This document shows, one piece after another, positions 16,298-25,020 of a stretch of 64,000 bases of DNA (within the stretch, counting starts at the first letter, position 1; the number at the start of each line of letters is the position of its first letter). The translations under genes and the position numbers were made by a program. The DNA is from Vicinamibacterales bacterium (GTDB lineage: Bacteria > Acidobacteriota > Vicinamibacteria > Vicinamibacterales > UBA8438), in NCBI GenBank assembly GCA_965205435.1, contig CBDBHJ010000006.1, forward strand, positions 217,251 through 281,250. Reading direction: 5' to 3'. The notes under the pieces are model-generated. The model worked only from the letters and a program-made list of their open reading frames with translations. It ran no database searches and was not told the origin of the DNA.

Positions 16298-17242
16298 TCA
16301 GCGGTCGCGCAGCGATTCCCTGAGGGCTCGTTCAACATCCTCGCCCACGGCGGCCCGAACCGACTGATCGGCCTTCTTGAGCCGGGAGAGCGCTCCGGAG
16401 TACGTGTCGCCGGTTTTCTGCATCACGATCCCGACCTTCACGTTCCAGCGTGCACGACGTAGCAGCTTGCCGGCTTCTTCGTGGTCGAGGCCGGTGACGA
16501 CGGTGATGATGCGCCGCGCTCGGTCACGCGCCTTCTCGGACCCGGTCTTGATGTCGACCATGAGGTTGCCGTAGGTCTTTCCGACATGCACCATCGAGAT
16601 TGTCGTGAGCATGTTGAGTACCAGCTTGGTCGCGGTACCGGCCTTCAGTCTGGTGGAGCCGGCGATGACTTCAGGGCCGACCATGGGGGCGATCACGACG
16701 TCGACGAACGTTTGGAGCTCCGTGCCCGGCCAGCAGGTGATGAAGATGATCTTGACCCCACTGCGGCGGGCTCGCGACAGGGCACCGCGGACGAACTGGG
16801 TCATCCCGCTGGCCGACACGCCGATCAGCGCGTCCTTTCGGGTGGGACGGAGTCGGGCAATGGCGCGTGCTCCCTCCTCGTAGTTGTCTTCGACCCCTTC
16901 CTTGTCACTAAAGAATGCCGACCGTCCGCCGGCCATCACGGCCTGAACCAGGGCCGCGGGCGTGCTGAACGTGGGAATCATCTCTGCGGCCTCGAGAACG
17001 CCTAGCCGCCCACTCGTTCCGGCGCCGACGAAGAAGATGCGTCCGCCCTTGCGGAGCGCCGTGGTCAAGAGGTCGGCGCCCAGCGCGATGCGTGTGCGCT
17101 CCTTCGCGACGGCTCCGACGACCTTTCGGTCCTCGCTCAGCATCAACGCGACGAGGTCGTCCGTCGATGCCTTGTCCATCGCCAGGCTGCCGGGGTGAAT
17201 CGCTTCGGTCGGAAGGTCTTTCCACTTTGATGACGTCGACAT
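16298..17242 (-). CDS. murQ: N-acetylmuramic acid 6-phosphate etherase
   Basis: SIS-domain protein with the MurQ-type block [24 protein letters not shown] and C-terminal ...[17 protein letters not shown]. Start taken at MSTSSKW (17242). Confidence 0.88.
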   Translation of the reverse strand: MSTSSKWKDLPTEAIHPGSLAMDKASTDDLVALMLSEDRKVVGAVAKERTRIALGADLLTTALRKGGRIFFVGAGTSGRLGVLEAAEMIPTFSTPAALVQAVMAGGRSAFFSDKEGVEDNYEEGARAIARLRPTRKDALIGVSASGMTQFVRGALSRARRSGVKIIFITCWPGTELQTFVDVVIAPMVGPEVIAGSTRLKAGTATKLVLNMLTTISMVHVGKTYGNLMVDIKTGSEKARDRARRIITVVTGLDHEEAGKLLRRARWNVKVGIVMQKTGDTYSGALSRLKKADQSVRAAVGEDVERALRESLRDR

Positions 17243-17293
17243 GGTGCGGCGATATTGTCTAACGAGGCGTTGGCAGCGGGTCAAGGTGGACGT

Positions 17294-17323
17294 TTGACTT
17301 CATCGCGAGGCCCGCGGTATAAA
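17294..17323 (+). promoter_or_regulatory. candidate sigma70-type promoter for the hom operon leader
   Basis: TTGACT (17294-17299), 18-nt spacer, TATAAA (17318-17323). It sits in the only AT-rich patch of the murQ/hom divergent intergenic region. Confidence 0.4.
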
Positions 17324-17386
17324 TTAAAATCGCTTCTCGGTCAAATGACCGCTATGTCTGATCGGCACATCGCACTCACTCGTCTC

Positions 17387-17449
17387 ATGTCCGCGACCCC
17401 GACGGGGAAGATGACCGGTCCGACCGGACCGGCGACATGTGACGGATGA
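17387..17449 (+). promoter_or_regulatory. candidate leader peptide ORF (MSATPTGKMTGPTGPATCDG)
   Basis: 20 codons, 5 of them Thr. The TGA stop (17447-17449) lies inside GGATGATG, the putative antiterminator arm. No strong SD, so it is tentative. Confidence 0.3.
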
Positions 17450-17479
17450 TGTAGCCGATTGTGCCATAGGCGTTGGCCA

Positions 17480-17512
17480 GGCCATCATCCGAATCTGGGT
17501 GATGGCCTTTTT
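17480..17512 (+). terminator. intrinsic terminator / attenuator hairpin upstream of hom
   Basis: GGCCATCATCC-GAATCT-GGGTGATGGCC forms an 11-bp stem with one G-U pair, followed by TTTTT. It lies 37 nt upstream of the hom start. Upstream GGATGATGtaGCC (17444-17456) duplicates the 3' arm. Confidence 0.6.
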
Positions 17513-17549
17513 CATTGGTATGAGATACGAAGGCGGAGGTTGAGGGTCG

Positions 17550-18839
17550 GTGACGGAGCATCACAGCTCACTCGGTGTTGCGATCGTAGGGTTTGGGACG
17601 GTCGGGCGGTCGGTTGCCCGCATCGTGTGCGACGACGCGCATCCATCGCTGCGCCTGACCCACATCTGCAATCGGGAAGTCGAACGGAAACGGGCGGATA
17701 CCGACTGGGTGCCGTCAGACGTTGTGTGGACGGATAACATCGAGGCGGTGCTGTCGTCCGACGCGGACGTCGTGGTCGAGCTGATCGGGGACGTCCACCC
17801 GGCAACGGACTGGATCCGGCGCGCCTTGCAGTCAGGGAAGTCTGTGGTCACGGCGAACAAACAGGTGATCGCACACCACGGGCCGGAGTTGCTTGACATC
17901 GCAGCGCAGCAACAACGGCACCTTGGTTTCGAAGCCGCCGTGGCCGGGGGTATTCCGATCATTCATGGCGTGCGCGACGGACTTGCTGGTGACTCCCTCG
18001 TTCGTGTCCTCGGGATCTTGAACGGCACGTGCAACTACATTCTGACACGGATGGAGGCCGACCACGTGGCGTTTGACGACGCGCTTCGCGAAGCCCAGGC
18101 GCTGGGGTTTGCCGAGGCCGATCCGACGGCGGATGTCGATGGCTTCGACGCACAGGCGAAGATCGCGATTCTGTCTCTGGTGGCATTCGGCCGGCAGATC
18201 TGCGCCACCGATATCCCGCTGCGGACGATCCGGACGATCGAGTCGATCGATTTCATGTATGCCCAGCGCCTCGGATGCACGATTCGTCAGGTGGCCCGCG
18301 CGGACGCGGGCGGCGTGACCGACGGAGTGCGAGCATCGGTGCAGCCGACGCTCGTGCCGCGATCGTCGGCCTTGGCGCGAGTCGAGGGGAGTCGAAACGT
18401 CGTGGTCGTGGAGGGGACGTTCGGCGGCGAATCTGTGTTTTCCGGATTTGGTGCAGGCGGCGATCCGACCGGCGTCGCGGTGGTGTCAGACCTCGAGGCG
18501 ATTGCGCGCGGCGTTGGTGACAAGCGACACGACCATGCCGCCGTGACGGCCGGTGTGATACGCGACTTCGTGTCACCGCACTACCTCCGGTTCGTGGTCG
18601 CGGACCGCCCCGGGATCATCGCGGCCCTCGCCAATGTGTTCTCCGCGCATGGGGTGAACATCGATTCCGTGTTGCAGGAGCCAGGGTGCTCGAAGACAGA
18701 GCTCCCGTTTGTCGTGACCCTCGAAGCGTGTGAGTCGTCGGCCGTCGAGCAAACCTTGCAGGAGTCTGCAGCGTTTGACTTCAATGTGCGTCCGCCCCTG
18801 TGGATGCCCGTGCTGGTGTCGGGAGAGCGCCATCAATGA
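17550..18839 (+). CDS. hom: homoserine dehydrogenase
   Basis: NAD-binding VAIVGFGTVGRSV, a catalytic-domain block ...GILNGTCNYILTRM...A.ALGFAEADPT.DV.G.D, and a C-terminal ACT-like domain. A GGAGG SD lies upstream. Confidence 0.92.
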   Translation: MTEHHSSLGVAIVGFGTVGRSVARIVCDDAHPSLRLTHICNREVERKRADTDWVPSDVVWTDNIEAVLSSDADVVVELIGDVHPATDWIRRALQSGKSVVTANKQVIAHHGPELLDIAAQQQRHLGFEAAVAGGIPIIHGVRDGLAGDSLVRVLGILNGTCNYILTRMEADHVAFDDALREAQALGFAEADPTADVDGFDAQAKIAILSLVAFGRQICATDIPLRTIRTIESIDFMYAQRLGCTIRQVARADAGGVTDGVRASVQPTLVPRSSALARVEGSRNVVVVEGTFGGESVFSGFGAGGDPTGVAVVSDLEAIARGVGDKRHDHAAVTAGVIRDFVSPHYLRFVVADRPGIIAALANVFSAHGVNIDSVLQEPGCSKTELPFVVTLEACESSAVEQTLQESAAFDFNVRPPLWMPVLVSGERHQ

Positions 18840-20089
18840 GTTATTTCACCGGATTGCAGTGCTCGATGTGTGGAACGCCGTTTCCCGCCGAGGCCCTCTA
18901 CGTGTGCGACCAGTGTTTGGGTCCACTCGAGGCGACGTACGATGCGGACGGGATCCGGGCGCGGGTGAGTCGAGAGCTGATCGAGTCGCGACCACCGAAT
19001 CTGTGGCGGTATCGCGAGTTCCTCCCGATTCAGGGCGAGCCGCGCACCGGCTTCTTCTCGGGTTACACCCCGCTTGTCCGGGCCGAGCGCTTGGCGCAGG
19101 AGCTCGGGCTGTCGGAGCTGTACCTCAAGGATGACTCCATCAATCACCCAACGCTGTCGTACAAGGACCGGGTCGTGTCGGTGGCCGCGACTCGGGCCCT
19201 CGAGCTCGGCATGGGGATCTTCGGATGTGCGTCGACCGGGAATCTGGGAAATAGCGTGGCGGCGCACGCGGCGCGCCTGGGGCTCGAATGTTACGTGTTC
19301 ATCCCGAGAACCCTGGAGCCGGGGAAGATTCTCGGGTCAGCGGTGTCAGGGCCCCACGTGGTGGCGGTGGACGGGACGTATGACGACATTAACCGACTCT
19401 GTACGCAGGTCGGAGACCGGTACGGCTGGGGATTCGCCAACATCAACCTACGCAGCTACTACGCGGAGGGGGCGAAGACGTTCGGGTTCGAGATTGTAGA
19501 GCAGTGCGGTTGGCGTTTTCCCCAGCACGTCGTGTCCCCCGTCGCGGGCGGCACCCTACTTCCCCGTCTCGGTCGAGGATTCCGGGAATTCCGTGAGGCG
19601 GGCCTGGTCGACGGTCAGCTACCAAAGATTCATGCGGCGCAAGCCGAGGGGTGCGCGCCGGTCATACACGCGCTCGACGAAGGGCTCGAGTATCCGGATC
19701 CCGTGAAGCCCAACACGATCGCAAAGTCGATCGCCATCGGCAACCCGGCGGACGGCTTCCAGGTCGTGAAGACGGTGCGTGAAACCGGCGGATCGGGTGC
19801 GACCGCGACGGACGCCCAGATCATCGATGCGATCCATCTCCTGGCTCGCACCGAGGGGATCTTCACCGAGCCGGCGGGCGGGACAACACTGGCGGCGACG
19901 ATCTCGCTCGTCGAACGCGGGGTGATTCCGAAGGATGAGTCGGTCGTGGTCTGCATCACGGGGAACGGCTACAAGACATCCGACGTCATGGCCGACTCGC
20001 TTCGCCAGCCCACAGAGTTGGGACGCTCGCTTAAGGAGTTCGAGGCATTCTTCGCGAGTTGCCACGAGCAACATCAGTTGAGTGGATGA
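18836..20089 (+). CDS. thrC: threonine synthase
   Basis: N-terminal Zn-ribbon-like CSMC...CDQC and a PLP-lysine block HPTLSYKDR. ATGA overlap with hom (start at MSYFTG). Confidence 0.92.
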   Translation: MSYFTGLQCSMCGTPFPAEALYVCDQCLGPLEATYDADGIRARVSRELIESRPPNLWRYREFLPIQGEPRTGFFSGYTPLVRAERLAQELGLSELYLKDDSINHPTLSYKDRVVSVAATRALELGMGIFGCASTGNLGNSVAAHAARLGLECYVFIPRTLEPGKILGSAVSGPHVVAVDGTYDDINRLCTQVGDRYGWGFANINLRSYYAEGAKTFGFEIVEQCGWRFPQHVVSPVAGGTLLPRLGRGFREFREAGLVDGQLPKIHAAQAEGCAPVIHALDEGLEYPDPVKPNTIAKSIAIGNPADGFQVVKTVRETGGSGATATDAQIIDAIHLLARTEGIFTEPAGGTTLAATISLVERGVIPKDESVVVCITGNGYKTSDVMADSLRQPTELGRSLKEFEAFFASCHEQHQLSG

Positions 20090-21356
20090 AATGACGCACA
20101 CGACGGAACGTACCGAGATCGTCGAGGCCACCGGCCATCTTGTCGATTCACAGCTGCTCAACGCGATCTTTGACAAGGTGATCGAGCGGGGTGGCGCGTT
20201 CGAGGTTCTTCAGTTCGACTTGGGGCGGACCAACGAGGAGTTCTCCTACCTGAAGATGAAGGTCACGGCGCTCGACGAGACCGCACTTCATCAACTGCTC
20301 GAGGATCTCATGCCGCTCGGTGCGCATCCGGCCCCCGAGCGTGACGCGGGGTTGCGCCCGGCTGAAGCCGACGGAGTCGTGGCCGACGATTTCTACTCGA
20401 CCACCAACCACCATACCGACGTGCGCCATCGGGGACAGTGGGTCGCAGCGTCGAACCAACGGATGGACGGCGTGATCATCGTCGACGGCGGTCGCGCGTC
20501 GTGCCGAAAGCTCCGCGATGTGCAGAAGGGCGAGCTGGTGGTGTGCGGCGTCGATGGTATCCGCGTGTCTCCGGAGTTCAGGGAGCGCGACCGTCTGGGA
20601 TTTGCCTTCATGACGAATGATGTCTCGACCGAGCGGAGGGTCGAGGTGAGCGCTGCCAAGGTGGTGGCGATGATGCGTCACGTCAAGTCCGAGGGTGGTC
20701 GGATCGCGTTCGTGGCCGGGCCCGTGGTCGTGCACAGTGGTGGCGTCGACTACTTCTGCGATCTCGTGCGCCGGGGCTACGTGGACGTGCTGTTGGCTGG
20801 CAATGCGCTCGCGGTTCACGACGTCGAGCGCGCACTGTATGGGACATCACTCGGAGTGGATCTGGATGCGGGCGTCGCGGTAGAGGGGGGGCACCGGAAT
20901 CACATGCGGGCGATTAACGTCATACGCAGGGCCGGCGGGCTTCGTGAGGCTGTGGCGGAGGGTGTACTTGGCTCCGGAATCATGCACGACGTGATCGCCC
21001 GGGACGTGGACTACGTTCTGGCGGGAAGCATTCGCGACGACGGACCACTTCCCGATACGGTGATGGACCTGATCGATGCGCAGAACCGATATGCCGCGGC
21101 GCTCCAGGATGTCAACATGGTCGTGATGCTCGCGACGATGTTACATAGCATCGGCGTCGGCAACATGTTGCCGTCGCATGTCCGGGTCGTGTGCGTCGAC
21201 ATCAACCCCGCGGTAGTCACGAAACTCGGCGATCGTGGATCCTCGCAGACCGTCGGTATCGTGACCGATGTCGGACTGTTTCTTCACCAGCTGTCGACCC
21301 AGCTCGCGGCGGCGCACGCGGCGGTAGCGACACCGGCTGTGACCACCGGGCAATGA
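20082..21356 (+). CDS. TIGR00300 / LOR-SDH-like family protein (archaeal-type ornithine cyclodeaminase-like)
   Basis: The N-terminus GHLVDSQLLNAIFDKVIERGGAFEVLQFDLGRT matches my recollection of the LOR/SDH conserved region. Coupled to thrC and lysC by overlapping stops and starts. Confidence 0.55.
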   Translation: MDEMTHTTERTEIVEATGHLVDSQLLNAIFDKVIERGGAFEVLQFDLGRTNEEFSYLKMKVTALDETALHQLLEDLMPLGAHPAPERDAGLRPAEADGVVADDFYSTTNHHTDVRHRGQWVAASNQRMDGVIIVDGGRASCRKLRDVQKGELVVCGVDGIRVSPEFRERDRLGFAFMTNDVSTERRVEVSAAKVVAMMRHVKSEGGRIAFVAGPVVVHSGGVDYFCDLVRRGYVDVLLAGNALAVHDVERALYGTSLGVDLDAGVAVEGGHRNHMRAINVIRRAGGLREAVAEGVLGSGIMHDVIARDVDYVLAGSIRDDGPLPDTVMDLIDAQNRYAAALQDVNMVVMLATMLHSIGVGNMLPSHVRVVCVDINPAVVTKLGDRGSSQTVGIVTDVGLFLHQLSTQLAAAHAAVATPAVTTGQ

Positions 21357-22633
21357 ATGACACTCGACCAGACTCCCCGTTGGCTCCGATCGTCGTTCAG
21401 AAGTACGGCGGAACGTCGGTCGGGACCGCCGATCGAATCTGTACGATCGCCGAGCGCGTGTCGCGACGCCTGGAGGATTCGCCGCGATTGGTCGTGGTGC
21501 TCTCCGCGATGGGGAACACCACCGACCAGCTGGTCGCCCTCGCACACGATGTCGCCGAGCATCCGCTGGGACGAGAAATGGATCTCTTGTTGGCCACTGG
21601 GGAACAGGTCTCGGTGTCGTTGCTCGGCTTGGCCCTGCAGGATCGGGGGATTCCGGCCGTGTCCCTCACGGCGTCGCAATGCGGGATTCGGACAGACAGC
21701 GCCTTCAATATCGCCAGAATCGAATCGATCGATACTCGAAGAATCGTGCGAGAGCTGGAGGCCGGCCGGGTCGTGATCGTGACCGGCTTTCAAGGCATCA
21801 GCCACGATCACGAGGTCACGACGCTCGGTCGGGGAGGCAGCGATATCACCGGGGCGGCCCTGGCTGTCGCGCTCGGCGCCCAGGTCTGTGAGATCTACAC
21901 CGACGTCGACGGCGTCTTCTCAGCCGACCCGAGCGTCGTGCCCGGCGCACGTATGTGGCCGGAGATCAGCTACGAAGAGGCCATCGAGATGGCGTCCAGC
22001 GGCGCCAAGGTACTGCACCCACGGGCGGCGGAAGTCTGCATGGCCTACGACGTGCCGATCCACGTGCGGTCGAGTTTCAAGGCGACGGATGGGACCTGGA
22101 TTCGAGGAGGCAAGGAGATGGTAATGGAGCAGGCCGCGGTCGTGGGCGTCAGCAGCGAGAGGAAGATTGCGAAGGTGACCCTGCTCGACGTCCCCGATCG
22201 GCCAGGTCTCGCGGCGCGGGTGTTCGCGGACCTCGCCAGCGAGGATCTCAGTGTTCGGTTGATCATCCAGAGCGCAAGCTCTGACGGTCGCGGGCGGATC
22301 ACGTTTGTACTGGACGAGGCATATGCCAAGCCCGCCGCGCGGTTGGCGGAACGATGGAAGAGTGAGGAGATCTGCGGGGAGGCGGTTGTGGAACATGACG
22401 TGGCCAAGATCTCGATCGTGGGCTCGCGTCTGGCGTCGACCCCGGGTCTCGCCGCGCGGATGTTTTCCGTGCTGGCGCGGGAAGGGATCAACATTGACTG
22501 CATCAGCTCGTCCGAGATGAAGATCGCGTGTGTCATCGGCGCCGATCATCTCGACCATGCGGTGCGAGCCGTCCACGACGAATTCTTTCCTCAATCGGAG
22601 AAGACGGCGGGGGCGAACGGGACGGTCGGGTAG
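21353..22633 (+). CDS. lysC: aspartate kinase
   Basis: VVQKYGGTSVG at the N-terminus, a kinase core, and two C-terminal ACT domains. The true start is MNDTRPD at 21353 (ATGA overlap). The 21191 start is an extension. Confidence 0.92.
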   Translation: MNDTRPDSPLAPIVVQKYGGTSVGTADRICTIAERVSRRLEDSPRLVVVLSAMGNTTDQLVALAHDVAEHPLGREMDLLLATGEQVSVSLLGLALQDRGIPAVSLTASQCGIRTDSAFNIARIESIDTRRIVRELEAGRVVIVTGFQGISHDHEVTTLGRGGSDITGAALAVALGAQVCEIYTDVDGVFSADPSVVPGARMWPEISYEEAIEMASSGAKVLHPRAAEVCMAYDVPIHVRSSFKATDGTWIRGGKEMVMEQAAVVGVSSERKIAKVTLLDVPDRPGLAARVFADLASEDLSVRLIIQSASSDGRGRITFVLDEAYAKPAARLAERWKSEEICGEAVVEHDVAKISIVGSRLASTPGLAARMFSVLAREGINIDCISSSEMKIACVIGADHLDHAVRAVHDEFFPQSEKTAGANGTVG

Positions 22634-22640
22634 TAAGGTC

Positions 22641-23693
22641 ATGGCACAGCCGAAAATCGAGGTTGGAGTGCTGGGTGCCACTGGTGCGGTGGGCCAGGAG
22701 TTCATCGCCCAGCTAGCCACCCATCAGTGGTTCACGTTGACGTGGGTTGCCGCGAGCCATCGGTCGGCGGGGCGGTGCTACGCCGATGCGACAGGGTGGC
22801 GTCTGCCGGCGCCCTGTCCCGACGACGTGGCCGAGATGGTCGTCGACTCGGTCACACCTGGTCGGGCTCCACGACTGGTCTTCTCGGGACTCGACTCGAA
22901 GGTGGCCGGCGAGGTCGAGGGAGCGTTTGCCGAGGCGGGTCATATCGTCGTCAGCAACGCGCGCAACTACCGGATGGAGCCGGACGTGCCGTTGCTTGTG
23001 CCCGAGATCAACGCTGACCATCTGCAACTCCTCACCACCCAGGCATCGGCGAGACACTGGTCAGGGCGAATCGTGACGAATCCGAACTGCTCGACCGTCA
23101 TGCTGACAATGGCCCTCGCACCGCTGCGTCAGTTCGGTCTGCGGGCCGTCAACGTAACGACACTGCAGGCCGTGTCGGGTGCCGGGTATCCCGGGGTCGC
23201 CTCGCTGGACATCGTCGGTAATGTGATCCCGTACATTGAGGGCGAAGAAGAGAAGATGGAGACCGAGAGCAAGAAGATTCTTGGTCAGCTCAAGGACGGA
23301 CAGGTGGAGCCGCATTTGGTCTCGGTCAGTGCCCACACGACCAGGGTACCGGTCATCAACGGTCATACGGAGATGCTGTCGGTCGGATTCGACACGACAC
23401 CAACCCGCGACGAGATGCTGGCGGCGTTTCGCGAGTTTACCGGGCGTCCGCAGGCCGCCGAGCTACCAACCGCTCCGGCCCGGCCGGTCGTCTATGTGAC
23501 CGCCAACGATCGACCGCAGCCTCGACTCGATGTCGATCGGGAGGGGGGAATGGCGGTCACCATTGGTCGTCTACGGCCGTGTCGTGTGCTGGATTACAAG
23601 CTGGTCGTGCTCGGACACAACACCGTTCGAGGCGCCGCGGGTGTCGCGATCCTCAACGCCGAGCTGATGCGGAGCGACGGACTGCTCGACTGA
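22641..23693 (+). CDS. asd: aspartate-semialdehyde dehydrogenase
   Basis: [17 protein letters not shown]-binding motif and active-site NPNCSTV. Start at MAQPKIE (22641). Confidence 0.92.
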   Translation: MAQPKIEVGVLGATGAVGQEFIAQLATHQWFTLTWVAASHRSAGRCYADATGWRLPAPCPDDVAEMVVDSVTPGRAPRLVFSGLDSKVAGEVEGAFAEAGHIVVSNARNYRMEPDVPLLVPEINADHLQLLTTQASARHWSGRIVTNPNCSTVMLTMALAPLRQFGLRAVNVTTLQAVSGAGYPGVASLDIVGNVIPYIEGEEEKMETESKKILGQLKDGQVEPHLVSVSAHTTRVPVINGHTEMLSVGFDTTPTRDEMLAAFREFTGRPQAAELPTAPARPVVYVTANDRPQPRLDVDREGGMAVTIGRLRPCRVLDYKLVVLGHNTVRGAAGVAILNAELMRSDGLLD

Positions 23694-23739
23694 GTCGGAG
23701 GGTCAGACCAGCAGCACTCGTATCTGGACTCGTGGAGTG

Positions 23740-24975
23740 TCACTCGTTGGCTGTCGCCAACCCGCTGACGTAGTCGACCGAAAAACGGATCGGCGCGCTG
23801 TCATCGCCGAGCAATGTGGCCTTCTGCACACGCTGCGCGGCGGGGTCGAGAACCGCCCTCACCTCGATCTGACTTCCCGCGGGCAGTGCCACCGGGACGT
23901 CAAACCAGAACCGGGTTGGCCATCCGCGGTCGGGCTCCCGCAGCCACAGCATCGGTACGCGGTCGCCCCTGGGCGTCACGGCCTCGACTTGCAGCTCGGA
24001 TGACTCGATATCGACCTCCGGGAACAGGGCCAGCACGGTCATGTCGCTGGCGAGGGCGTGGCTGAACGTGACCTCGCTACCGCCGACGACGTCCGCCGAT
24101 GAGACGAGAATCGACTCGATGGTCGCGGCCTCCCCGTCTGCGAAGTGCAAGCCGACCTGACTCTGGTCAGAGAAGTCCATGCCTTCCGTGATCCACGTCT
24201 TCTTGTAGTGGATCCGGACGACGAGATCGGCACCAGCCGGCAGGAGGTACCCGGCTCCCTGGTTCACGACCGACGGCTGGCCGGGCGTCCAGACCGCGAC
24301 CGGTGGGGCCGTGGGAAACCCTTGGCCAGCGGCCTCGCCGAATCCCGCCGTGGGGTCCGCGTCGTCCAGAGACCTGGCCGTCCCGGTGGTATCGACGAAG
24401 ATCGCCGCACCACGCACGACCGCGCGAGCGCCCGGCTTGAGCTCGACACCGATGAGCGTGCGGTCCTCGCCGATGCCGGACGCGACCACGAAGAAGCGGA
24501 CTGTTTCACTCGTGCCAGCATCGAGGGTGAACGCCTCTGGGATGTCGAGCACGAGGGCGGGTTCTCCGAGGGTCCACTCCTCGACGGAGCTCTCCGCGAC
24601 CGGAGCCTGACCCCGAGGACCCTCCGGATAGCCACCTGCCGACCATTCAAGGATCATGTCCATCTCTGTCGCCGTCAGGGCGTGACCGTTCTTGAAGTCG
24701 CCGAACCCGTCCTCCGCCTGCCACGGCGGCATGCGGAGGCCCAAGACTTCTTCCCGGATCGACTGCGTCCACGGAAACGCCGACTGGTACTCGACCAGGG
24801 ACATCGGTGCGACACCACCCTCAACATGACAGCTGCCGCACCGGTCTTTGAATATCGGGTAGAGGTGCTCGTTGAAATTCCATCGTGACGCGATCGGCGT
24901 GTGACCCCGGGGCATCGACCCCATCACGGCAACGACGCCAACGGCGAGAACCCCTACACACCATATCCGTTTCAT
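23740..24975 (-). CDS. secreted protein with a CxxCH (c-type heme-like) motif
   Basis: Signal peptide, then CGSCH at aa 46-50 in a context (LYPIFKDRCGSCHVEGG) resembling planctomycete-type cytochrome c domains. A large beta-rich C-terminal region follows. Confidence 0.5.
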   Translation of the reverse strand: MKRIWCVGVLAVGVVAVMGSMPRGHTPIASRWNFNEHLYPIFKDRCGSCHVEGGVAPMSLVEYQSAFPWTQSIREEVLGLRMPPWQAEDGFGDFKNGHALTATEMDMILEWSAGGYPEGPRGQAPVAESSVEEWTLGEPALVLDIPEAFTLDAGTSETVRFFVVASGIGEDRTLIGVELKPGARAVVRGAAIFVDTTGTARSLDDADPTAGFGEAAGQGFPTAPPVAVWTPGQPSVVNQGAGYLLPAGADLVVRIHYKKTWITEGMDFSDQSQVGLHFADGEAATIESILVSSADVVGGSEVTFSHALASDMTVLALFPEVDIESSELQVEAVTPRGDRVPMLWLREPDRGWPTRFWFDVPVALPAGSQIEVRAVLDPAAQRVQKATLLGDDSAPIRFSVDYVSGLATANE

Positions 24976-25020
24976 GTCGACTGTCCTCTAGAAACCTCGT
25001 CCGATGGCTCAGTCATTCGA

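Noticed and set aside
11832-16338. Several 140-400-aa ORFs (e.g. 11832-12710 -, 12722-13651 +, 12876-14096 -, 14580-15260 +, 15157-16338 -)
   Set aside because: They are out of frame or antisense within the two symporter genes and the serine hydrolase gene. Their Arg/Pro/Gly-dominated translations contrast with the clean polytopic transporter frames.
17255-17449. Full 64-aa ORF in the murQ/hom intergenic region as a protein-coding gene
   Set aside because: It would begin upstream of the putative promoter and inside the murQ 5' region, and it has no domain or SD. Only its last 20 codons are considered, tentatively, as a leader peptide.
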